Shown here: positions 1-10,705 of the stretch, in pieces | Numbering within the stretch: position 1 is the first letter of the stretch | How the letters are laid out: every line of letters starts with the position of its first letter | Source of the DNA: Malacoraja senta | Taxonomy: Eukaryota | Reading direction: 5' to 3' | Assembly: GCA_038087875.1 (NCBI GenBank) | Contig: CM075999.1 | Location: 2,048,001-2,112,000 of the forward strand | Length of the DNA: 64,000 nucleotides | Notes under the pieces: model-generated | What the model was told of the DNA's origin: nothing | The model's input: the letters and a program-made list of their open reading frames with translations, nothing else | The model's database searches: none | Position numbers and translations under genes: made by a program

Positions 1-708
1 ATACTGTGTGCTTTAAGTTTGTATCCTAATCTCTTATGTGGTACCTTGTCGAAAGCCTTCTGAAAGTCCAGATACAACACATCCACTGGTTCTCCCCTAT
101 CCACTCTACTAGTTACATCCTCGAAAAATTCTATAAGATTCGTCAGACATGATTTACCTTTCGTAAATCCATGCTGACTTTGTCCAATGATTTCACCACT
201 TTCCAAATGTGCTGCTATCCCATCTTTAATAACTGACTCTAGCAGTTTCCCCACTACTGATGTTAGACTAACTGGTCTGTAATTCCCCGTTTTCTCTCTC
301 CCTCCCTTCTTAAAAAGTGGGGTTACATTTGCTACCCTCCAATCCTCAGGAACTACTCCAGAATCTAAAGAGTTTTGAAAAATTATCACTAATGCATCCA
401 CTATTTCTGGAGCTACTTCCTTAAGTACTCTGGGATGCAGCCTATCTGGCCCTGGTGATTTATCGGCCTTTAATCCATTCAATTTACCCAACACCACTTC
501 CCGACTAACCTGGATTTCACTCAGTTCCTCCATCTCCTTTGACCCGCGGCCCCCTGCTATTTCCGGCAGATTATTTATGTCTTCCTTAGTGAAGACGGAA
601 CCAAAGTAGTTATTCAATTGGTCCGCCATATCCTTGTTCCCCATGATCAATTCACCTGTTTCTGACTGCAAGGGACCTACATTTGTTTTAACTAATCTCT
701 TTCTCTTC
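1..708 (-). mobile_element. CR1-clade LINE (HER1-like), 5'-truncated ORF2 reverse transcriptase segment continuing off the window start
   Basis: The minus strand reads without stops as ...KSPGPDRLHPRVLKE...DWRVANVTPLFKKG..NYRPVSLTSVVGKLLE...QHGFTKGKSCLTNLIEFF...YLDFQKAFDKVPH, which are CR1 RT motifs. Confidence 0.92.
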
Positions 709-993
709 AAGGCCGGTTCTCTTTTTTCAAGAGAGAGCTAGATAGGGCTATCTTCTATCTTCGGTTTAAACCAGCTTTTGCAGTTCCTTCCTACGCCTCC
801 CTTCTACCTCATTGGAGCAAAACATCTTTCCACTGTACCTCAGTACACGTGACAATAATGAGACATTAAATTAAACTATATTAAACCTGAGAAAATGCGA
901 CCAGTTTAGGTTGGGCACCTCTGACTGGCTGGCTACTTCTAGAGACCTCTGTACCCACTGCTCTTGGCCGCGGTTCATAGTAACGAACCATCG

Positions 994-1322
994 GGCGGCG
1001 GCACGGTGGCGCAGCGGTAGAGTCGCTGCCTCACAGCGCCAGAGACCCGGGTTCGATCCTGGCTACTGGTGCTGTCTGTACGGAGTTTGTACGTTCTCCC
1101 CGTGACCATGTGGGTTTTCTCTGGGTGCTCCCATTTCCTCCCACACTCCAAAGACGTAGGTTAATTTTTCGTTAGGATAGAGATAAGACTCATTCCATTT
1201 GTAGGTTAATTGGCTTTGGTAAAATTGTAAATAGTCCCTACTGTGTAGGATAGTGCAGGTGTATGGTTGATCTATAGTCGGCACGGACTCGGTGGGCCAG
1301 AGGGCCTGTTTATGCGCTATAT
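994..1322 (+). mobile_element. HE1-like tRNA-derived V-SINE; representative of roughly 20 full or partial copies in the window. Its tail resumes at 4199-4215.
   Basis: tRNA-like head with A/B boxes (GGTGGCGCAGCGG, GGTTCGATCC), V-domain core GGAGTTTGTACGTTCTCCCCGTG...TTTCCTCCCACA, and a LINE-like tail. Other copies lie near 11275, 12488, 18328, 36565, 42873, 45215, 49155, 56550, 60362 (+) and 7140, 8795, 19460, 43215, 53250, 58930 (-). Confidence 0.88.
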
Positions 1323-1605
1323 TGTATTGCAATTAATTTATTAGCCAAGTATGTAAAATTATACAAGGAATTTGATTTGCCATTCAGCCATACCAAAAAA
1401 GGCAACAAGACACACAACTACATAAAAGTTAACATAAACATCCACCACAGCTGATTCCCCACATTCCTCACTGTGATGGAAGACAATAAAGTCTTATCTT
1501 CTTTCCCTCCTTGTTCTCCCACAGTCGGGGCGATCGAAGCTCCCGCGATCGGTTGGAGCTCCCGGAGCCGGTCCCCAACCAAGGGACCGCGAGCTCCACG
1601 ATGTT

Positions 1606-3867
1606 TTTTTTATTTTATTTTTATTTTATTAGAAGTAAGTACAATTGTATACAATCATATTTTCATAATACCTTTTATGTACAGCTTCTTATTTTTTAAA
1701 TTTTTTGAAATAAAGAAGAAAAAGAAAAAAGTTAGATAATGAAAAATAGAAAAATGTGAGATATATAGTGTGTGAAAAAGAAAAATAAAGAATGAAATAA
1801 GAAAGTTGAGACATAGAAAATAGAAGAAAGAGAATAAATGAAAAGAAAAGAAGAAAAGAAAATAGAAGGAGATCATTTATAATCTTGACCATCCGCAGTC
1901 ACGGATTAACTTTTACACCTGTTTTGCACCATACGTTTCCAAAAAGACGACAAATGGAGACCAACTCGTTATGAATTGGTCAAATTTATCTATTAGGAAG
2001 AATCGCATTTCCTCAAGATGTGCGGTATCCAACATACTTGCAATCCACATTTTGAGTGTTGGTATTGGTGTATTTTTCCAAAATTTCAATATTAATTTTT
2101 TTGCTATTATTAAACCATAATTAAAAATTGACTTTTGAGATGAGCTCAATTTGTTCCCGTCTTCCATTACCCCAAATATAATCAATTCATTATTGGGTTC
2201 CATTTTTGTCTTAAATAATTTTGTAAATATTTCGAAAATATCACTCCAAAATCCATGAAGTTTTATACAAGAAACAAAAGAGTGTGTTATAGTTGCTTCT
2301 TGGATTAAACATTTATCGCAAATGGGCGATATATTTGGATAAAATTTATTTAATCTTGTTTTTGAGTAATATAATCTATGTAAAATTTTAAATTGGATTA
2401 GATTATGTCTTGCATTAATCGAACACTTGTGAATGTATGTCAAATACTTTTCCCATGTAGCCTTCGTAATTTTTATCAATAACTCCCGTTCCCACTCTTC
2501 TCTAATTACCTCGGTCACAGGTAAATCTATATTTAAGATACTATTATATAAATATGCTATTAATTTTTGTGTATCAGCTTTTATATTCATTACTTCTTCT
2601 AGTAAATCAGGAGTTATTTTTTGATATCCCTGTATGTATGTCTTCAAAAAATTACAAATCTGAAAATATTTAAAATAATGAGTGTTTTTCAGTTTAAATT
2701 TTAATTGTAATTGTTGAAATGATAATAAATCTCCCATTTCATACATATCCCCGATCCTTTTAATTCCTAAACTTTCCCATTGATTATATATTTTATCCAT
2801 CATAGATGGTTTAAATAAAGGATTATTCGCTATCGGTGTTAACAATGATAGGTTTCTTAATTTTAAGGATAGTTTTATTTGTTTCCATATTCTTATTGTA
2901 TCTTGTATAATTGGGTTTTTCTTATATATTGTATTGTTCATTTTTTTCGGGGAAAAGAGGATTGTTCCTATATTACAAGGATAACAATCCTCTTTCTCCA
3001 TTTTTATCCATTCTGTCTGTTGAGTTGAACTATCCAACCAGTAAATTATATTCTTAATATGTATTGCCCAATAGTAATACAAACAATTAGGGAGTGAAAG
3101 TCCACCGACATCTTTTGGTTTACATAAGTGTTCTTTTTTAATTCTATGTGATTTATAATCCCAAACAAAATTAGTAATATTAGCGTTCAGTTTAGAGAAG
3201 AAATATTTTGGTACATATACTGGTATAGATTGAAATAAGTATAATAACTGTGGTAAGAAGCTCATTTTAATAGCATTTATTCTGCCTATTAATGATAAAG
3301 GGAGTGTTTTCCAAAATTTTATCATTATATTAAGTTTATTTATTAAGGGTATAAAATTAGCATTGAATAAAGCTTTATGTTTTCTAGTAATCTGTATACC
3401 CAGATATTTGAATTTTTCTGTTGCTATTTTAAAGGGGAATTTCAATAAGTGTGTGGATTCTTGAGGTTTTAACGTCATAATTTCACTTTTGTTCCAATTT
3501 ATTCTATATCCTGAAAAGGACCCAAATTCCTCTATTAAATTTAATAAATTTGGTATACTCGTTTGTGAATTTGTTATATATAACAAAATATCGTCTGCAT
3601 ACAATGAAATTTTATTATTTGAGTCCCTAGTATTATAACCCTGAATATTCGGATGGCTTCTTATACTTTCAGCCAGAGGTTCTATCATAAGGGCAAATAG
3701 CAGGGGTGATAAAGCACATCCCTGCCTATTACCCCTTGATAATTGAAATTTTTGAGATAACATGCTGTTAGTTAATATTCTTGCCATCGGTTTATCATAT
3801 AATAATTTCACCCATGCAATAAAATTCTCTCCCATATTAAATTTTTGTAATACTATGTATAAATACT
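1606..3867 (-). mobile_element. L1-clade LINE, 5'-truncated, with poly(A) tail and 13-bp TSD
   Basis: TSD GCTCCACGATGTT at 1593-1605 and 3868-3880; A-rich tail with AATAAA at about 1606-1632; target site TTT|AAC on the element strand. Confidence 0.93.
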
Positions 3868-3868
3868 G
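1913..3868 (-). pseudogene. L1 ORF2 C-terminal ~650 aa (RT plus C-terminal CCHC region), frame uninterrupted but lacking the endonuclease and RT N-terminus
   Basis: GNRQGCALSPLLFAL, SLYADDILLY, FSGYRINWNKS, FKYLGI, GGLSLP, CDKC-x8-H-x4-C. Confidence 0.92.
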
Positions 3869-4750
3869 CTCCACGATGTTAAAGTCCGCAGGCTCCCGCG
3901 ATCGGTTGGAGCTCCCGGAGCCGGTCCCCAAACAAGGGCCGCGAGCTCCACGATTTAAAGTCCGCAGGCTCCCGCGGTTGGAGCTCCCGGAGTCGATCCT
4001 CAGCGAGAGGCCGCCAGCTCCACGATGCCAGGCCGCAGCGCGGACAGAGATACGATACGAAGAAAGTCGCATCCCCGCCCCCCCCTCCCTCCTTCCCCCG
4101 CACTTAATACAAAACTAAAAATACACTAAAACATACATTGAACAACAGACTCAAAACAAAGAGGAAAAAGGACGAGACATACTGTTGGCGAGGCTGCCTA
4201 TCTCTAAAGTCTAAATGTACTTTGGAGATATATCTAGTCCAATTTATCAAAGTGATTGCTCCGTTCTTAACCATCTTAATATTAACACTGACTCTCTGGA
4301 TAATAGTTTTCACCACCTGGCTTGAGCAGCCAATAGACGGGACAATGTGAAAACATGTTGCAAGCGAGCTGATACTGGAAATAGTGTTGCATATCATGGA
4401 ATGACTGAACAATGGAAAGACTTTGAACTGTGAGAAAAACCCCGTTGACATGAAAACGCCCCGCGCTCCAGGCGAGGCAGCAACTTGCCAAGTCATTCCA
4501 GTCCAGCTGCTGGAGGTGGCCATTCGGCCCATCGGCCCCATTCTGGCCAGGAATGGGCTTCAGGTTAACCCCCCCTTCCCGTCTCCTAGGGTGAAGGTGA
4601 TGGGGGGGAAAGAATTAATACTTTTTATACACAAAGGGTGGTGGGTGCAAGGAACGAGCTGTCGGAGGATTATAGTTGATACTATCACAATGTTGAAGAG
4701 ACTTTTGCTCCATTATTGTTTGTTTGTTTTTATGGGTATGTAGGTGTGTG

Positions 4751-4781
<31 letters not shown>

Positions 4782-4916
4782 TCGAAGAAGGGTCTCGACC
4801 CGAAACGTCAACTATTCCTCAGCTCCATAGATGCCGCCTCACCCACTGAGTTTCTCCAGCATTTTTGTCTACCTGCTTCCATTATCATTACTTTTTGGCA
4901 TATCTTTCATTCATTG

Positions 4917-5212
4917 TTCTAAGAATAAGGAGTAAGCCATTTAGAACGGAGACGAGGAAACACTTTTTTCTCACAGAGAGTGGTGAGTCTGTGGAATTCT
5001 CTGCCTCAGAGGGCGGTGGAGGCAGGTTCTCTGGATGCTTTCAAGAGAGAGCTAGATAGGGCTTTAAAGATAGCGGAGTCAGGGAATATGGGGAGAAGGC
5101 AGGAACGGGGCACTGATTGGGGATGATCAGACATGATCACATTGAATGGCGGTGCTGGCTCGAAGGGCCAAATGGCCTACTCCTGCACCTATTGTCTATT
5201 GTCTATTGTCTA
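4917..5212 (+). mobile_element. CR1/HER1 LINE 3' tail fragment, representative of many copies throughout the window
   Basis: ORF2 end motif (RVVSLWNSLPQRAVEA, FKRELDR; frameshifted in this copy), 3'UTR hairpin GGGCCRAATGGCC and (CTATTGT)n tail. Confidence 0.85.
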
Positions 5213-7684
5213 TCTCTCTACATCAACGTCCATATCTCTCGTTTCCCTGACTCTCAGTGTGAAGAAGGGTCTCGACCCTAAACGTCACCCATTCCTTCTC
5301 TCCAGAGATGCTGCCTGTCCCGCTGAGTTACTCCAGCATTTTCTGTCTATCTTAAGCAACTGAAGGTTTACCTGTCACAAGGGTAAAATGGTCCCCGATG
5401 TTAGAAGCTGAATCGTTGCTGTCTCCGGTTCTTCCGACAGGATTGTCCTCGCAGAAGTGTCCACGAACCTCCTGTGGTTTTTTTTTAACAAAAATAAATG
5501 TAATCAATTATTGCACTAATATATACAATACAAAACTGTACCAAATAAACCTACTCCCGTGATACAAAATCACCCAAGTATCTAAACAACTGTCCTTAAA
5601 TTTTACACTCTTGATCAACTGTATTACAATCCTTGTCATGGAGTGATTACTGTGTGGAAACAGGCCCTTAGGCCCAACTTGCCCACACCGGCCAACATGT
5701 CCCAGCTACTCTAGTCCCACCTGCCTGCGTTTGGCCCATATCCCTCCAAACCTGTCCTATCCATGTACCTGTTCAACTGTTTCTTAAATGATGGAATAGT
5801 CCTGGCCTCAACTACCTCATCCATACACCCACCACCCTCTGTGTGAAAAGGTTACCCTTCTGATTCCTATTAAATCGTTTCCCCCTTCACCTTGAACCTG
5901 TGTCCTCTGGTCCTCGATTCCCCGACTCTGGGTAAAAGTCTCTACCCAACCTATTCATCTCATGATTTTGTATACCAATACAAACATATAGAGTCATAGA
6001 CTGATACAGCGTTGAAACAGGCCCTATTTGTCCACCACCGGCCAGCATGTCCCAGCTACGCTAGTCCCACCTGCCTGCATTTGGTCCATATCCCTCCAAA
6101 CCTGTCCTATCCATTGACAAGGATGCATTCCACCCACCCACCCGTGACTGCTGTGAGCTCAGGGGGGCGTGTGCTCACCGAAAATTCCCCACAATTGCGG
6201 AAACTGAGCGCCTTGTGCAGGATTGGATACCTTCCAAGCCATTGGGCTGATAGGTAGCAGGTAATGTCGCGTCAATAGACAATAGGTGCAGGAGTAGGCC
6301 ATTCGGCCCTTCCAGCCAGCACCGCAAAGCCAGTGCCGGGCGAGGAGAGGGCGACGGTTCACGGGACGGTCCAGAGGGAGGCGACGGCTGCCGGGACTGG
6401 CCAACGGTAGCTGGGACTGGCAAACGGTGCCAGAAGCTGGAGACTCTTGCATTCGGCCTCTGTGGGCAGAGTATTTAGCAGGACCTGTGGGGGACCTCAT
6501 TGAAACTTACCGAATAGTGAAGGGCTGGGAGAGAGTGGGCGCGGAGAGGATGTTTCCCACCAGTTGGGAGAGTCTCTGACCAGAGGGCACGAGCCTCGGA
6601 ATGAAAGGATGTGCCTTTATAGAGGAGATAAGGAGGAATTTCTTTCGTCAGTGGGCGGTGAATTTGAGGAACTTATTGGCGCAGACAGCTGTGGAGGCCA
6701 AGCCACTGGGTGTTTTTAAAGCAGAGATTGCCAGATTCTTCATGAGTCAGAGTATCTAAGGTTAATGGGAAAAGGCAGGAGAATGGAGTTGAGCGGGAGA
6801 GAGAGATCAGCCATGAATGAATGCAGAGTACACTCAACGGGCCGAATGGCCTAATTCTGCTCTAATGACATGAATTTAACCGGGGATTGTACCTACGTAT
6901 GGCTATAATCTTACTCAGCTCCATGCAAAAAATGAATTTCTGCACCTTGGAAGACGTGATAATAAAGAACCATTTGAACCATTGAGGTAGGGGACATCTC
7001 CTGCGTAAAATTATTCTGTGTTGCTTGCTAACATGTGCCGTGATTTATGAACAAGATAATATAACAATATTTTGGGATAAGTTGCCTCAGCAGCATCACT
7101 TTATGCAATGTTCCATCCACGGGAGGTGTGATTTAGTTGTTAGTTTTAGAGACACAGTGTGGAAACAGGCCCTTCAGCCCACCGAGTCCGTGCCGACCAA
7201 CGACCACCCCGCATACTAACTCTATCTTAGACACCAGGGACAATCAGCAGAAGCCAATTAACCTGCAAATTTGCACGTTTTCGGAGAGTGGGAGGAAACC
7301 TGAGCACCCGGGGTAAAACCCACGTGGTCACAGGGAGAACATGCAAACTCTGTGCAGGCAGCGCCCGTGGTCAGGATCGAACCTAGGGCAAATGCAGGCA
7401 GGTGGGACTCGTGTAGATGGGGCATGTTGGTCAGTCTGGGCACATTTGGCCGAAGGGCCTGTTTACCTGCTGTATGACTCCGGGACTCTATCTCCACTAG
7501 ATGAAGTACAGTGGTACAAAATGACTCACTGCCCTTTCTCAAGGGTTAGTTGTGAAGAACAATGAATGCTGTCCTTGCAGGCCACAGCCCTCAGCCCACA
7601 AAATAATGTCATCATTGTTAATAAGGTCAGCAAGGCACCACATTTGAGGTTTAAACGAAATTGTTTCCTGGTTTACTATGTCTA

Positions 7685-7687
<3 letters not shown>

Positions 7688-7775
<88 letters not shown>

Positions 7776-7792
7776 CTCTCTCTCTCTCTCTC
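7688..7792. repeat. (TC)n microsatellite
   Basis: Pure TC dinucleotide run with one short interruption. Confidence 0.97.
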
Positions 7793-7796
7793 TGAC

Positions 7797-8342
7797 TCTC
7801 TCTAACGTCTACAGGTGCACAGTAGAGAGCATGCTGACCGGTTGCATCGTGGCTTGGTTCGGCAACTTGAGCGTCCAGGAGTGGAATAGACTACAAAAAG
7901 TAGTAAACACTGCCCAGTCCATCATCGGCTCTGACCTCCCTTCCATCGAGGGGATCTATCGCAGTCGCTGCCTCAAAAAGGCTGGCAGTATAATCAAGGA
8001 CCCACACCATCCTGGCCACACACTCATCTCCCCGCTACCTTCAGGTAGAAGGTACAGGAGCCTGAAGACTGCAACGACCAGGTTCAGGAATAGCTACTTC
8101 CCCACAGCCATCAGGCTATTAAACTCGGCTCGGACAAAACTCTGAACATTAATAGCCCATTATCTGTTATTTGCACTTCATCAGTTTATTTATTCATCTG
8201 TGTATATATTTATATAATGGTATATGGACACACTGATCTGTTCTGTAGTCAATGCCTACTATGTTCTGTTGTGCTAAAGCAAAGCAAGAAATTTCATTGT
8301 CCTATCTGGGACACATGACAAGAAACTCTCGAACTTGAACTT
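7797..8342 (+). mobile_element. Rex1/Babar LINE 3' fragment
   Basis: YRCTVESMLTGCIVAWFGN...LQKVVNTAQSIIG...LPSGRRYRSLKTATTRFRNSYFPTAIRLLN, then a 3'UTR ending in (GAACTT)n. A near-identical inverted copy lies at 26440-26733. Confidence 0.85.
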
Positions 8343-9042
8343 CCATAAAAAACTGAAGTTCCACCCAGCTCTTTATTGATCTGATCGTTTATTGATCAAT
8401 GCACCACATTGAATTTTTCACTTCCTGTCTTTCTTTAGTTTAGTTTAGAGATGCAGCTTCGAAACAGGTCCTTCAGCCCACCGGGACCACGCCGACCATC
8501 GATCACCCTTGTTCACGCTAGTTCTGAAGAAGGGTCTCGACCCGAAACGTTGCCCGTTCCTTCTCTCCAGAGACGCTGCCTGTCCCGCTGAGTTACTCCA
8601 GCTTTTTGTGCCTACCATCTATAATATCTATTATCTATACTCCAAGCCTTTCCTGACATCCTCTGAGCGAGGGCTACATGTATATATGTATGTAGTTTGT
8701 TTTGTTGTGCTATTCTTATAACAAATGTAAAGCACTTTGGCCAACGAGAGTTGTTTTTTAAATGTGCTATATAAATAAACGTGACTTGACTTGACTGCCA
8801 ACCCGACAAACCTGTACGTCTTTGGAGTGTGGGAGGAAACCGGAGCACCCGGTGAAAACCCAGGCGATCACAGGGAGAACGTACAAACTCCATACAGACA
8901 GCACCCGTGGTCAGGATCGAGCCCGGGTCTCTACCGCTGCACCACCGTGCTGCCCATTATATTAATTCCTTTCACTGAAGAAAGCAGAAGTCCAGTTCCA
9001 CACAACTCTTTGTATTTGCTGACCAGTGTGGCATGTTGAGTC

Positions 9043-9063
9043 TTTCACTTCCTGATTGTGGTT
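9043..9063 (-). promoter_or_regulatory. Candidate ETS-IRF composite element with adjacent RUNX motif
   Basis: GGAAGTGAAA on the minus strand at 9043-9052 (second copy at 8416-8425) and TGTGGTT at 9057-9063, in non-repeat DNA. Motif match only. Confidence 0.3.
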
Positions 9064-10111
9064 GTTGATAGTTGATCCTCAACACACGATGTTCTTGCCC
9101 TGTCTACTGTTTCATCACCGTTTCCCCGTACCACCAGGGTGAGTTTGGCTATCGCAGTGCAAGGTGACCATGGCATCCATTTATCGGCCCTCAAACATGT
9201 TGGATCTGCTATAAGGAGATCATAAGATCATAAGTGGAGGCCAAGTCACTGGATGGATTTAAGAGAGAGCTAGATAGAGCTCTAGGGGCTGGTGGAGTCG
9301 AGGGATATGGGGAGAAGGCAGGCACGGGTTATTGATAGGGGACGATCAGCCATGATCACAATGAATGGCGGTGCTGGCTCGAAGGGCCGAATGGCCTCCT
9401 CCTGCACCTATTTTCTATGTTTCTATGTTTCTACGTGATAGGAGTAGAACTAGACCATTCGGCCCATCAAGTCTACTCCGCCATTCAATCATGGCTGATC
9501 TATCTCTCCTCCTAACCCCATTCTCCTGCCTTCTCCCCATAACCTCTGACCCTGCACTAACCTATCTATCTTTGTTTCCAAGTAGAATCTAAGAACCGCA
9601 GATGCTGGTTAACGCACTAAAGGAGACGGGAGTGCTGGAGTAACCCAGCGGGTCAGGCAGCATCCCTGGAGCTCTCCAACACTTTGCGTGTATCTTCAAC
9701 TATCACTTGCCGGGCTTTGTCCCGTCCCCACCTGTTCTCCTGCTGCCTCTCTCCTCCACACTACAATCGGACTGAAGAAGCGTCCCAACCTGAAACGTCA
9801 CCAGTTATTTTTCTCCACAGATGCTGCCTGACCCCTTGAGTTACTCCACCACTTTGTGTCTATCTTTGGCAGCAGCTGACGCTTTTTGTTTCGACTTTAG
9901 TATTTATTCTATGTTTTTTTGCCTGGTTTTTTTAAAACATATTTTTAGTAGAAGCATATGTACAAATAATAGTAAGCAACAAATTAATGACAGATTTCTT
10001 ACATAGCTTCAATTTTATTTATTTTTTTGAAGAGTAAAGATAAAGGGGAGAAAGAGATGAGAGAAAGTGATAGAGAGAGAAGAGGAAGACAAACTACCAA
10101 TGACAAGATAG

Positions 10112-10529
10112 ATACATAGAAACATAGACAATAGGTGCAGGAGTAGAGGCCATTCGGCCCTTCGAGGCTGCACCGCCATTCAATATGATCATGGCTGATC
10201 ATCCAACTCAGTATCCTGTACCTGCCTTCTCTCCATACCCCCTGATCCCTTTAGCCACAAGGGCCACATCTAACTCCCTCTTAAATATAGCCAATGAACT
10301 GGCCTCAACTACCTTCTGTGGCAGAGAATTCCACAGATTCACCACTCTCTGTGTGAAAAATGTTTTTCTCATCTCGGTCCTAAAAGACTTCCCCCTTAAA
10401 CTGTGACCCCTTGTCCTGGACTTCCCCAACATCGGGAACACTCTTCCTGCATCTAGCCTGTCCAACCCCTTAAGGATTTTGTAAGTTTCTATAAGATCCC
10501 CCCTCAATCTTCTAAATTCTAGCGAGTAC
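10112..10529 (-). mobile_element. CR1/HER1 LINE 3' fragment
   Basis: [15 protein letters not shown]...TRGHSL..FFTQRVVNLWNSLP..FKRELD. Confidence 0.88.
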
Positions 10530-10705
10530 GGAGATTATGGAGATAGATCCGGGAACTGTTGAGGGTAACTATTCATCCAGTTGGGTTATTCGGCCAATGC
10601 TTCTCCTTAGTCCTGAGGCTTGTTGTGGCCTTGTGCCCAGTTCCTTGCCCCCAAGTTATGCCCACATCCTCTCATTGACACACAACATCAGCATAGAAAC
10701 ATAGG

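Larger units (their letters stand above)
1323..4198 (-). mobile_element. GC-rich non-autonomous retroposon with a Rex1/Babar-like 3' tail, interrupted by an L1 insertion
   Basis: 1323-1605 and 3881-4198 join across the L1 TSD and contain internal repeats of GGAGCTCCCGGAG..GAGCTCCACGAT. The minus-strand 3' end CAAATTCCTTGTATAA..ATACTTGGCTAATAAA resembles the Rex/Babar tail at 60121-60153. A related sequence lies at 63845-64000. Confidence 0.6.

Noticed and set aside
1001..1065. tRNA gene
   Set aside because: The A/B boxes belong to a SINE head that continues into the V-domain; no complete cloverleaf.
1913..4072. 719-aa ORF as a host gene
   Set aside because: It is truncated L1 ORF2 fused by chance to flanking repeat sequence at the TSD.
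5372..5471. Minus-strand 100-nt exon with donor CAG|GTAAAC
   Set aside because: The acceptor is preceded by an A-rich retroposon tail rather than a pyrimidine tract, and the peptide is not recognisable.
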